In this document: piece by piece, positions 12,488 through 23,220 of the stretch | How positions within the stretch are numbered: position 1 is the first letter of the stretch | How the letters are laid out: the number at the start of each line of letters is the position of its first letter | DNA from: Dendrobates tinctorius | Lineage: Eukaryota | Assembly (NCBI RefSeq): GCF_039654945.1 | Contig: NW_027361702.1 | Coordinates: 7,378,001-7,442,000, forward strand | Length of the DNA: 64,000 nucleotides | Reading direction: 5' to 3' | The notes under the pieces: model-generated | What the model saw: the letters and a program-made list of their open reading frames with translations, nothing else | What the model was told of the DNA's origin: nothing | The model's database searches: none | Program-made: the position numbers and the translations under genes

Positions 12488-14454
12488 GGCATGCTTCAAT
12501 AGCCTCCATAGGAGGCTAGAAGCTTGCGCAACCCGATCGGCTCTGCTACATATGGGCGATGAGCAGATCGCCCATATGTGGCAGATTTACTGCTGTGCTT
12601 TCAGCGCCAACCACCGGGTGGCGCTGAAAGCCATATGCCTGGAACAACCATAGATGTCTCATAGAGACCTCTGGTTGTCCAGGCAACATGACGCCGACCC
12701 CCGATCACGTGACGGGGGTCGGCGGTGACGTCATTTCCAGCCCGGCGGCCGGAAATGCTATTTAAATGCACGCTGTCAGCTTTGACAGCGGCATCTAACT
12801 AGTTAATAGGCGCGGGCGGACGGCGATTCCGCTCGCACCTATTGTGGGCACATGTCAGCTGTTCATAACAGCTGACATGTCCCGGCTTTGATGCGGGCTC
12901 AGCGCCAGAGCCCTCATCAAAGCAGGGGAAATGTCTGATGACGGACTGTGTCCGTCATTGGACATTAAGGGGTTAAATAGCAAAAACCTGATGACAGATT
13001 ACCTTTAACTTGCACTGCCTGTCTCACATAGTGTGCAAGGTGCAAGCAATTTTTTGCTCATTTTACATCCAATACCCTTTTGCGGGTGTTGGCTTTTTGG
13101 TCGTGTACCTACATAGCATTGCATATGCCATTTTTGGGAAGGAAGTTACATTTTAAGTTTTACTTTAAGATTCAGACATTTATCTGTGCATGTCTGTTTT
13201 TCCCACGCCTGTTTTACTAGCCCAATTTGACAACGATACGCTGGCCCTATACTACAGCCTGCTGTGACATTTTGCTTTCTGCACATGTAACTACCTAGTT
13301 TTTCTATTTACGTCCTTTTTGGTAAGGATTGAATAATTGGGGTTGAAGATCAGATCACAACTGGCCTCATTGATCTCCAACAAGCTCATCAGTTTGGAGG
13401 AAGTCGAGGCATTATGGGATATTTTGCACATCACTCATCCGTTACAGCAGGATGATGTTACCTCTGCCAGCGACATCATCATTTTCATTCGGCATTCTGC
13501 AAAGGATGGTGTGTTTAAACCTAGATTGCACACTAAAGGCAACCTCAGGTGTATTCAAGTAGAATAATAAAAGACAAGGGGTCAAGCACAAAAAATGCAG
13601 ATATGGATCATATACAAAAGGAATTGTGCAAACGAGACCATAGGTAAAGATAAAATCCAAAAGTTTATTGGATAGCAAAAAATATATAGATTGACCAGCT
13701 GAAACAATGCAGTGGTACAAAACACATAGTTTGCATGGGATGCAATGGATCACAATGAAACCTCCAAAACTACATTCAGCACAAAGGACAATGAAAAGGA
13801 TAAATCAGCTTAAATGTGCCAGTATGTTAGTTTAGAGAAATAAATAGTAAATAGCACCAGAAAGCCGGAGGATAAGATGCAGCTCCTAGTCCATACATGT
13901 ACCAAGAAAATAGATAAAGTAAAGTGCAAGTGTAGATGGAGGCAGATGAGGTTATTGAAAGAAATAATTACCCAAGCATAAGTGTGTGACCGGGTCCCCT
14001 ATGCACGTTTTGGCACTTGCCTTCTTCTGGGGGAGAGACTCAATGTACTGTCATCTTCCTACACTTGTCGTTACCTCCTCTCTATGTGTGTGCCACAGGT
14101 GGAGTATCCGACCTGGAAGAGGAATCTAGGTTGTGAACCTCGGATCAACTGGCCTTGTATGGACTGTCATCTTGTCATGGTTTAGTAAGGGTTCAGGGTA
14201 GGTGGTGGAGGAGTGTGCCCGACCCTGTCCTGTTCTTGCTGCACGCCAACCATTGTCTGTCTGCTTGGTATTTGATCCTGGACCCGGCTTTCCTATCTCC
14301 ATGTGGTGCCTCAGCTTCTCCCTGCAGGGTAAGAAGCTGTATAATATTCTACCGCCCAGTGTGCTTGTCCCCCAGGTTGTCAGGCAGTTCCCCGGTCCCA
14401 AACTATAAGCCTGACATTATAAGTGACCCTTACCGTTCCACCCCCCTGCCCCTG

Positions 14455-14525
<71 letters not shown>

Positions 14526-17500
14526 AGCACTAACTGACCAGGTGAAACAGTTATCGCAGATGTTCCAGAAATTAAATGTGGAGCAGCGCTCTATGGCCCA
14601 TACCCAACAACAGCTGGTAAATACTGTTCAGGGGGCTCTCGGTCCCGAGACTAGGGACGTGTCACTTTCTTCCCCGGAGTCTCCGGTTAAGCTGCCGGAC
14701 TCTTTATCTGGAGACAAAAAGGAGTACAGGGCATTCAGGGAAGGATGCAAACTGTTCTTTTCCCTGAGACCCCGTTCTTCTGGGGGAGAATTTCAGAGGG
14801 TGGGGGTGATTATTTCCCTACTTCGGGGTGCTCCACAAGCCTGGGCATTCTCCCTAGCCCCCACTGCCCCAGAACGTATGACTGTGGAAGCGTTTTTTGA
14901 GGCCTTGGGCCGCATTTATGACGAACCAGACAGGGTTCGCTTGGCTGAAGACATGGTTATGAGCACACGTCAGGGTCGGCACTCAGCGGAATGGTTCTGC
15001 TCCGAGTTCCGACGATGGTCATCAAAAGTCTCCTGGGATGATGCCGCTCTCCGGGGACTATTTCATCAAGGCTTGTCAGAACGCCTTTAGGATACGTTGG
15101 CCCTGCATCCACCCCCTGACACTCTGGAGGATGCCATGACTCAAGCCGTGCAGATGGATCGCCGGCTGAGAGCCAGAGGGGTTATGCATTCTGAAACGTC
15201 CTTGTTCTCTGGCAGCAAGGAGGTGGAAGCTAGTCCAGTGCCCATGGAAGTTGGCGCCACCTCGATCAGAGAGAAAGAGAGGAAGCGCTGCCGAGTAAAG
15301 CAACTCTGCTTCTACTGTGGGGAATCAGGACACTGGAGGAGAGACTGTCCATCATGTCCAGCATCTTCCAAGCCGACGGGAAACTACTAGGACTGGGTAG
15401 TGACCGAGGAGGCTGCCCAGACCTCCAGGTACTTTTTTCCTCATGCCCTAAATTTCTGCTTAAAGTCGAACTGGTAGTAGACAACTGTCATTGTGTTTCT
15501 ACAGCCTTGGTGGACTGTGGTTCATCACTTAACCTGGTCAGTTCCATTACCATCTCCAGGGTCAAGATAGGGACAGTCAGGTTGGAGACCCCTCTGAAAA
15601 TCGTGGCTATTGACTCTTCCCCTCTCACCCGTTCGGGGATTCGTTACGTTACTAACAGTTTTGTTTTGCATGTTGGTTCCTCATATGTTGAGATGAAATG
15701 TTATGTCATGGACAATCTGCCCGAAGGGCTGGTATTGGGCATGCCGTGGCTTCAACGGCACAACCCAGTTATTGATTGGGAGAAAAGAGAAATTGTTAAG
15801 TGGGGCCCTAAATGTATTGGCTGTTCCTATAAACCTGTGTTCTGTGTTACACAGTTACACCCGCTACATCTGTCTATGAGTCTTCTGTTGGTCTGGAGGG
15901 TATTCCGGAGTACCTTAAGGACTTTGAGGACGTGTTCTCCGAAAGCAAGGCTGAGGCACTACCCCCACATAGGCCATTTGACTGCACTATTGACTTAATC
16001 CCTGGGGCCAAATTGCCTAAAGCCCGTTTATTTAATTTGTCAGGGCCTGAGCGCCTGGCGATGAAGGAATACATAACTGAAAGTCTCCGTAAAGGACACA
16101 TAAGACCTTCAGTTTCCCCGGTAGCTGCGGGATTTTTCTTTGTTAAAAAGAAAGATGGTGGCCTGCGTCCCTGCCTCGACTTCCAAGAACTGAACAAAAT
16201 TACTGTCAGGAACACATATCCCTTACCTCTGATTCCAGATTTGTGTAACCAACTCTCGGGGGCAAAATGGTTCTCCAAATTGGACCTTAGGGGGGCTTAT
16301 AATTTGATAAGAATTAAAGAAGGGGATGAATGGAAGACTGCTTTTCTGACGTGAGGGGTTGTTTGAAAACTTAGTGATGCCATTTGGCCTCACTAATGCA
16401 CCAGCGGTCTTTCAAAACTTCATTAATGTGGTGTTCGCGGACCTCATCGGCCGCTTTGTTGTCATTTACTTAGATGATATTCTGATTTACTCAACTGACA
16501 AAGAGTCTCATTTGTTGCATGTAAAAACCGTACTTCAAAGACTCAGGGAGAATCAGCTATTTGTTAAACCCGAAAAATGTACATTTTTCATCCAGGAACT
16601 AACATTTTTGGGGCTCATAATCTCGCCACAGGGGTTTCGGATGGATCCCAAGAAGGTGCAAGCCATTGTGGAGTGGGTCCAGCCTCAGGACCTGAAAGGA
16701 CTCCAGAGCTTCTTGGGATTCGCGAACTATTATCGTAGATTCATCAAGGGCTTTTCACAGATTGTGAAACCTCTCACTGATCTCACATTTTGATATCAAA
16801 AATTGGTCTCTCCCGACGAAACAATCCTTTTTGGTGTTGAAGAATTGTTTTATGTCTGCTCCAATACTAGTGCAACCTGACCCATCCTTGCCATTCATTG
16901 TGGAGGTCGATGCCTCTGAGGTGGGGGTGGGAGCCGTATTGTCTCAGGGGCCAGCTTCTCTGACTAACCTTAGACCTTGTGCTTATTTTTCCAAAAAGTT
17001 TTCTCCAGCAGAGAGAAACTACAATGTTGGAAATAGAGAGCTTCTGGCAATTAAACTGGCGTTTGAAGAATGGAGACATTTTTTGGAGGGGGCAGAACAT
17101 CCGATTACGGTCATCATGGATAACAAAAATCTAGAATACATCAAAACTGCTAAGAGATTAACTCCCAGACAGGCCCGTTGGTCACTTTTTTTCTCCAGAT
17201 TTCAATTCTCTATTACGTTTCAGCCAGGGTCTAAAAATGTGAAAGCAGATGCATTATCACGCAGTTTTGAACCATTGTCTGCCCTAGATCCGCCGTCATC
17301 CATTCTTCAACCCGGGGTGGTTATAGCGGAACTGTCATCGGAACTGGAGCGGGAGATTGTGGGGGCTCAACCTTTAGCTCCAAGGTCCAAACCCGCTGAT
17401 AAATTGTTTGTCCTACAACACTTGCGTTTTGATCCCCTGCGAGAATTCCACGACTCTAAATTGGGTGCTCACCCTGGGATTACAGCCACATGTGAGGCAA

Positions 17501-20500
17501 TAAAAAGTTTTTTGGAGGCCATTAATGCCTGCAGAGATTAAGAAGCATGTCACTGCATGTGGGGTTTGCGCACGTTCTAAAAGCTCTCATTGCTGGCCGG
17601 CGAATTGGTACCCTTACCAATTCCAAGAAGACCTTGGACTTAATCACTAACCTTCCTCCATCCCGGGGTAATACGGTAATTTGGGTAATTGTGGATAGGT
17701 TTTCCAAGTTGGCACATTTTGTACCCATGACTAAGTTACCGTCAGCAGAGGTTCTTTCGCCACACTTCCCTTCTCATATTGTTCGCCTCCATGGTGTACC
17801 TACTAACATTGTTTCCGATAGAGGGACAATTTGTAGCTAAGTTTTGGCAGGCTTTTTGCAGGAAGTTGGGGATCTCTCTGTCTTTCTCCTCAGCTTACCA
17901 CCCTGAGAGCAACGGACCATCGGAACGTACCAATCAGTCGCTGGAACAGATCCTCCGATGCTTCACTTCCACGTTACAGGACGACTGGTGCGATGCCTTG
18001 CCGTTGGCGGAATTCGCCTTCAATAATCTAATAAATCAATCCACTGGTAGGTCACAGTTTTTTTATTATGGATTAAACCCCCACTTTGGGGAATTCTCAC
18101 GCCTGGATTCAAACTGTCCTGGGGCTGAGGACTCTATCAGCAGGATAAGTGAGTTATGGGCCAAGGTTCGTGCGAACATTTCCAAAGCACAAGGGAAATA
18201 TAAACATTTTGCAGACAATAAGAGAGATCCGGGTCAGACACTACAGTGTGGGGACAAGGTATGGCTTTCTACGCGAAACAAACTTAAAGTTACCATCCGC
18301 CAAGTTGGGGCCCAAGTTCATTGGCCCTTATGTGATAACAGAGGTGATCAACCCAGTGGCATATCGCTTACTCCTCCCTTCATCCTTGAAACTGCACAAT
18401 GTGTTCCATAGGTCCTTACTCAAACCTGTAGGCTGGGTGGTAGAGGAACATGGTTCTCTACCAACTCCAGTGTTGGTGGACGGTCATATAGAGTTTGAAG
18501 TGCAAAACATTGTACAGTCCCGATGGGTTCGCGGTTCCTTGCAATATCTTGAACATTGGAAGGGGTACGGTCCGGAGGATCAGTCGTGGGTACCAGCCAG
18601 ATTGATGCATGCGGATTGCCTGGTTAGGGCATACCACGTTCGATATCTGGAGACCTGGGGGTCCGGAGGCCCCCCGTTGAAGGGGGTGTACTGTCATGGT
18701 TTAGTAAGGGTTCAGGGTAGGTGGTGGAGGAGTTAATAGGGAGAGGCTCTCTGTGGATCTGGGGAGGGTTCTTATAGCACCAGGGGAGAGCCGTTCCCTG
18801 TCGCTTATACTCCTATCTGAGTGTGCTCGACCCTGTCCTGTTCGTGCTGCACGCCAACCATTGTCTGTCTGCTTGGTATTTGATCCTGTTTTGGTTACGG
18901 TTTACGTCTCTGGTATTGCTGATTTGGTACTTCTTTTGCCCGTGCTGTTTATGACCCTTGGCTACGTCTGACCTCCCTCCTGTATACCCCTCCTGTACTG
19001 CTCGTTCCGTGTTTGACCCTTGGCTACGTCTGACTCATCTGCTGGGTATTCCCCCAGCATCTTGCCGTCCACCCGTGTATTACACTACTGTCTGCCAGAG
19101 TTATCTGAGCCGCTCCTGTGTTTCTGTTTACGGCAGCGCTGTCTGAGCTGCGGTAGCCCCGCCTCTCCCTATGACGTGCGATCACGTGACCGCAGGTCCT
19201 GCGGGCACTGAGCGCTTCCCTATCGCTCTGCCCTCCCCGCAGGTCCTGGACCCGGCTTTCCTATCTCGTGGTGCCTCAGCTTCTCCCTGCAGGGTAAGAA
19301 GCTGTATAATATTCTACCACCCAGTGTGCTTGTCCCCCGGGTTGTCAGGCAGTTCCCCGGTCCCAAACTATAAGCTTGACACATCTCCTCCTCTCTGTGT
19401 ACCACAAGTGGGGTAGCGACCCTGGAAGATCTGAAGCAACATCTCCCATTATCCCGGTGAGTCAGCGGAAGGGTGAGATTCTGTAATGTGCCCCATCTTG
19501 GGGAACTTTGCCGAGACTGTTCTACGTGTTATCTGCCTGTTTGTGGTTCAATAAACATTGCCACACTGTTATATTCTCAATCTGTGCTGTCTGAGTAGGG
19601 TTACGTACACTTTAAAGAGAGAGCGGGCGTTAGGCGGGATGATCCCTGGTCCATGCGGTTTCGGCTGGAGGATCGGGGGCCAGTCGACCCGTGTCTCCAC
19701 ACCACTTCAGTTTAAAAAAAAAAAAAAATTCATTCTGGTACATCTGCATGTGTAAAATATTTTTTAACTCGCTTATATAGCACCATTAGTTTCACAGCAC
19801 TTTACAGAGATTATCATCCCTGTCCCCATTGGGGCTCACCATCTAGATTCCCTAGTATGTCTTTGGAGTGTGGGAGGAAACCGGAGTACCCGGAGGAAAC
19901 CCATGCAAACACAGGAAGAACATACAAACTCCTGGAGATGATCTCTTTGGTGGCTTTTGAACCCAGGACCCCACGCTGCAAAGCAACAGTGCTAACCACT
20001 GAGCCAACCTACAGTGCAAACTACTGAGCCATAGTACTGTGTTAACTACTAAGCCACCATGCTGTAAATAAGTAAATCAACAAGAGTGGTGTGGGGGTGA
20101 AGCTGTCCATGAGTGGCACCGGACTAAGGTCTCTCTGTAGTCTCTGGCCGGGGTTTTAAAGATATGATTTTTATGGGGGTACTAGCGTCTCTCCATGTGT
20201 AAACACGTGCTGACAAATTCACTTTTGACTCATTATCACGTCAACTAAAAAGAGGCTATACCAGGGTGTCCAGCACCAGAAAGAGCAAGTTGTGAAACAC
20301 TTCCTCTCTCCAAGAATCAGCCCCAGGTGAACACTGCTGGAGTTTATGCTGCTTCCTAGAAAGGTTGCTGCACCCGACAGATGCCATTGGTGTGTATGGA
20401 GCATTTAAATGGTCGTATACAGGGAAGGGGATGCCTATGGGGCTATAATGGTAGCTGGAGGCCTACCGGAGGCCCCACATCTGCCATAAGTATATGTCAG

Positions 20501-20930
20501 TAGACGTCATGGGAAATGTGTATAATCCACAGGTAATTCTATAATGTTGCTGTATATTGTTCAAGTGATGAGGTCTCCACTCTGATGTGAACACGTTACA
20601 TGAAATTATAGAGAAATGTTTGTCTTACCCTATGGTCAAACCTCCAGCAGGTGTAGTCGATGGTGTCTGGACACCAAAAGAGAATCCAGCTGTTGGCGCA
20701 GTTGAAGGAGCTGGTGTGGAGAAAGAAAAGGGAGCGCTGGTCTGATTTGTCGTCGCTACCGTAGAAGCCGGAGTTTGCGTGGGTGTGCCGAAAGAAAAGC
20801 CTGTAGATGGTGCAGTTGGCGCCGCAGCGCCGCCGAATGAAAAGCCGCCAGCTCCTGTCGATGCAGTCGTTTTCGGAGTGCCAAATGTGAAGCCGCCAGA
20901 TGAACTTGTCCCAAAGTTAAAGCTGCTCAT
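3383..20930 (-). CDS. nup62: Nucleoporin p62, multi-exon gene, 3'-partial (352 codons in window)
   Basis: Coding exons in transcription order: 20930-20629, 9005-8758, 8383-8264, 4858-4739, 4075-4006, 3662-3515, 3432-3383. All introns are GT-AG and phases match (2,1,1,1,2,0,2). The protein has an FxFG N-terminus ([17 protein letters not shown]), a T/A/S-rich linker, and the Nsp1_C coiled coil [38 protein letters not shown]...[16 protein letters not shown]. The remaining coiled-coil exons were not found in 1-3382. Confidence 0.96.
3515..3662 (-). CDS. nup62: nup62 coding exon 6 (coiled-coil start)
   Basis: [44 protein letters not shown]; donor GTGAGC. Confidence 0.97.
4006..4075 (-). CDS. nup62: nup62 coding exon 5
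   Basis: ctctcttgcag acceptor, [22 protein letters not shown], donor GTAAGT; supplies the required phase 1 to 2 change. Confidence 0.85.
4366..4527. mobile_element. hAT MITE sharing termini with the hAT at 26636
   Basis: TIR CAGGGCTGTGGAGTCGG at both ends plus one internal duplicated end; 8-bp flanks ccaggtgg/cctggcgg (6/8). Confidence 0.8.
4739..4858 (-). CDS. nup62: nup62 coding exon 4
   Basis: 120 nt, S/T-rich ([19 protein letters not shown]...ASLFS), donor GTATGA; the exact acceptor is ambiguous among four tandem NAGs. Confidence 0.82.
5577..5848. mobile_element. T2/Kolobok-type MITE
   Basis: ttaa-AGGGGTTGTCCA...TGGAAAACCCTT-ttaa inverted termini with TTAA flanks. Confidence 0.6.
5937..6168. 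repeat. 43-bp minisatellite, about 5 copies
   Basis: Unit catcacccgaccaactcccttccctaccaatgtgcaaagtaaa. Confidence 0.9.
6867..8005. mobile_element. Degenerate non-autonomous TTAA (piggyBac-like) element
   Basis: ttaa-CCCCTT start; internal blocks colinear with 11714-12972; right end eroded. Confidence 0.6.
8264..8383 (-). CDS. nup62: nup62 coding exon 3
   Basis: Pyrimidine tract + tag, 120 nt open ([20 protein letters not shown]...), donor GTTAGT; phase 1 to 1. Confidence 0.8.
8758..9005 (-). CDS. nup62: nup62 coding exon 2
   Basis: tttatttcag acceptor, [10 protein letters not shown]...GFTFG...GFSF, donor GTATGG; phase 2 to 1. Confidence 0.9.
9461..11035 (+). mobile_element. Tc1 transposon (IR/DR type), complete ends, dead transposase
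   Basis: TA flanks, ~215-bp TIRs starting CAGTGGGTA; transposase remnants at ~9851-10818 ([32 protein letters not shown]) with stops, frameshifts and a deletion. Confidence 0.93.
11136..13004. mobile_element. Kolobok/T2-like non-autonomous element hosting a nested insertion
   Basis: ttaa-AGGGAATCAGTCA...TGACAGATTACCT-ttaa. Confidence 0.65.
11714..12972. mobile_element. Non-autonomous piggyBac-like element, complete
   Basis: TTAA TSD on both sides; TIR CCCCTTAATGACC / GGACATTAAGGGG; no ORF. Confidence 0.82.
13560..14040 (-). mobile_element. Penelope-like pseudo-LTR remnant with decayed hammerhead motif
   Basis: Minus strand: hammerhead-like fold at 14034-13995, then donor-like GGTAAT and AATAAA near 13665; left boundary approximate. 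Confidence 0.5.
14458..14520. repeat. (GT)n microsatellite
   Basis: About 31 uninterrupted GT units in the Gypsy leader. Confidence 0.95.
14542..15390 (+). pseudogene. Gypsy gag with CCHC knuckle; one in-frame stop at 15088-15090
   Basis: [35 protein letters not shown]. Confidence 0.9.
15378..18690 (+). pseudogene. Gypsy pol (protease, RT, RNase H, integrase, chromodomain), frameshifted
   Basis: ALVDCGS; [13 protein letters not shown]; MPFGLTNAP; YLDD; [14 protein letters not shown]; VDRFSK, SDRG, SERTNQ; EFEVQNIV...[15 protein letters not shown]. Confidence 0.93.
19387..19701 (+). mobile_element. Older LTR-like fragment interrupted by the Gypsy (other part ~14044-14172)
   Basis: The motif cctcctctct...gccaca.gtgg.gta.cgacc.tggaaga occurs on both sides of the Gypsy; AATAAA then a ...CTCCACA end. 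Confidence 0.45.
19762..20060 (-). mobile_element. tRNA-derived V-SINE
   Basis: A-box TGGCTCAGTGG (head repeated about three times), B-box GGTTCAAA, V-domain GGGTTTCCTCCGGGTACTCCGGTTTCCTCCCACACTCCAAAGACAT, LINE-like tail. A second fragment lies at ~33505-33585. Confidence 0.85.
20629..20930 (-). CDS. nup62: nup62 coding exon 1 (FG repeats)
   Basis: Acceptor AG at 20940-20939, ATG at 20930, donor GTAAGA at 20628; multiple FSFG/FTFG motifs. Confidence 0.95.
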
Positions 20931-22099
20931 TTTTGATCCTGACGAGGAGAAGACAAACGTTACAGTAGAGGTTATTCTCATTTCTGCATCTAAAAAGGCA
21001 ATTTACAGGATAAAACTATACGACGGAGACACGAGTGGCAGCAATCACACCGAGAACAGGTCTGTGCCCCTGCACCCTATGTGGAAGAAACGTCAACATG
21101 GCAAAAGTGCGGCTTATATTCAGAGCGCTGTCACTGCGGCTCGTATCGCTGGAGCCGCCTCACGCTAGCACTAGAAAGACCAGGCCTCATTTAGCATTGG
21201 TCTGTATCCCCCCTAACTATTTATATGTGCAGCAAAACCTTTACATGGCGGGTCCGCTCTCCGCTACTGAGGAACCAGTGATTGAATTGATATGTAAATG
21301 GATAGGATAGATCTGAAACCTCTGTCACTCCGGCTCTATTCCTCACCTGATTGTGCCTTCAGTAATCGGTATAATGTCATGAGGCAAACTGCAGCCAACA
21401 TGTCAGAGAAGTTAAATGGGGATTTTTGGAAAACCCTTCTTACAAAGTTGCGTTTAAAAAAAAAAAAAAAAAAACACCTGTCCTCACCCTTCCCAGGTCC
21501 AGTGATGGGTTTCTGCAGCTGCTCCTGGTGTCTGCAGCGCTGACGTCACATCGATATCACTGCAGCCAATCAAGGAGTTGTGTCATCAGCTCAGGCTCAC
21601 TGATCGGCTGCAGCCCATGACATGGCGGAGAGTCCGCGTCCAGATCAGACTTCCACTAACATCTTATATGTAACGATGGATGCATCCTTCTGCCCGAGCC
21701 GGGATGGGCGGCACACGCGCAGTGTGGGGTCAGCGGGTGCACAAACCGCACTACAGCGCCATGTTATTGAAGACAACAAAGCAAATTCACAGTGTCTTCA
21801 ACAAAATGGCGCCGATATCACAGCATTCTACAGCACGTCACCGTGCGCCCAGCGCTTTATCACAGGATGCACACACGCTGACTCCTGCGCCATGTTATTG
21901 AAGAACTGTACTACAACATCAGCACAGCAGTGCTCACGCGGCGGCCGTCGCCATTGTCCCTATGGTCGGCGATATCCATTTTGTTGAAGACACTCCATAA
22001 ACTGTGCCAATATAACTGCTCACGGCCCGGCGTAGACGGGGCAATACCTAGTTATGTATGATACATACACAAACGCCACGTAAGAGACCAGAATTTCAG

Positions 22100-22850
22100 A
22101 ATGTGTGTGTGCACTGAGGCATCAGCATGGTGGCGGAGGACGGGCAGGTGGGAAGGGTCTGTACTGCGGCACCTCACACATGGCGCCTTGGGTGCTCTGC
22201 CAATACCCGTACACCGGCCAGAGGGAGGCGGAGCCCCGGCCCACAGCTTACCTGCACACGGCAGAGGACCCGCCAGCGACTGAACTGTCACACGGCTCCC
22301 GGCGCCACACACTCGCGGCGCGCTGACGTCACGCACGTAAACACACCACGTGATCCCGTGAGGCCCTTTATCGACTACACTGAGGTGTCTGGTGAGCGCC
22401 TGTAAGACGTGTGACTGGGGAGCCGTTACCGCAAACGTTCGTACTCCAGTCTGTATGCTCCAGGGGAAGCTGCAGCTCTGCGGAACTCACACTTCACAGC
22501 TTCTTCCTCTAAGAACATAAAGGCATATGCCGGGGTCGTCCTCGGTACCGGAGCGGAAGCTGACTGTTACCATAGTAACCATGTTGCTGTGGGAACCGCT
22601 CCGGAGACACCGGCGGGACTCACGGTATCTGTGGTAAATGCGCACCGTGTGACTGGAGGCAGACGACTAGAGACACGTAATAGGTGCAGAAAGCTGCAGC
22701 GGTGTCGTTTATTAACCACTTCGTGGCTGGGCACATGTGGGATTGTTCCTGCGCGTGTAACATTTGTAAATAATGTTCCTCTCCGGGATATTCCGGGGCT
22801 TCGTCCTGAGTGATGTCCCTGATGTCTTGCTGTGGGCGGTCGGGGGTCAC
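22100..22850. promoter_or_regulatory. CpG-rich bidirectional promoter region of nup62 and dnaaf6
   Basis: CpG-dense stretch between the divergent genes with ETS-type CGGAAG (~22554), CRE TGACGTCA (22324-22331) and E-box CACGTG (22347-22352). Candidate minus-strand donors for nup62 5'UTR exons lie at 22490 (GTGAGT) and 22251 (GTAAGC). TSS positions cannot be fixed. Confidence 0.75.
22566..22596. promoter_or_regulatory. Tandem RFX X-box motifs
   Basis: GTTACCATAGTAAC (22566-22579) and GTTGCTGTGGGAAC (22583-22596), 3 bp apart; both fit the 14-bp quasi-palindromic RFX site. Confidence 0.8.
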
Positions 22851-23220
22851 AGTGTTATTCTACAGCTCATCACCGAGCGCCCAACGCTTCATACAGTCTT
22901 TATATATGGGGGCAGGGGGATATATTCAGTTCACTCTGTGCCCCCATATAGTGTTATTACATCTTTAGGGGGCGCTGTAACATATGAATACATGTTCCCA
23001 TTGCTGATTTCCTCTGTAGCTGGGCCGGTACACCAGCCCCAGTTACAGAAGACTGGCCTCCTGGCTGCACAGCAGATCCTGCTCCCTATACACAGCGACC
23101 ATTGGGTCCGGAGGAGGAAGCACTGTCAGTGTGTGCTGGCTCAGCTCTGGGTATGCAGCCTTCTGGGGGGCAGAAGCAGTATGAAACCTTCTCTGCCTTC
23201 TGTTTGGGGATCTAGCCAGC

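Larger units (their letters stand above)
14173..19381 (+). mobile_element. Ty3/Gypsy chromovirus (Tf1/sushi-like), full length, degenerate, in nup62 intron
   Basis: TG...CA LTRs at 14173-14416 and 18692-19381, perfect 5-bp TSD CATCT, purine tract before the 3' LTR; order gag-PR-RT-RH-IN-chromodomain. Confidence 0.97.

Noticed and set aside
13337-13567. LINE ORF1-like fragment
   Set aside because: Only vague similarity over a few residues; not supportable without a search.
14542-18736. PEG10/RTL-like host gene
   Set aside because: LTR-flanked, retains RT and integrase, and carries many stops and frameshifts.
19950-20012. tRNA gene
   Set aside because: The A and B boxes belong to the SINE head; no cloverleaf, and it continues into the V-domain.
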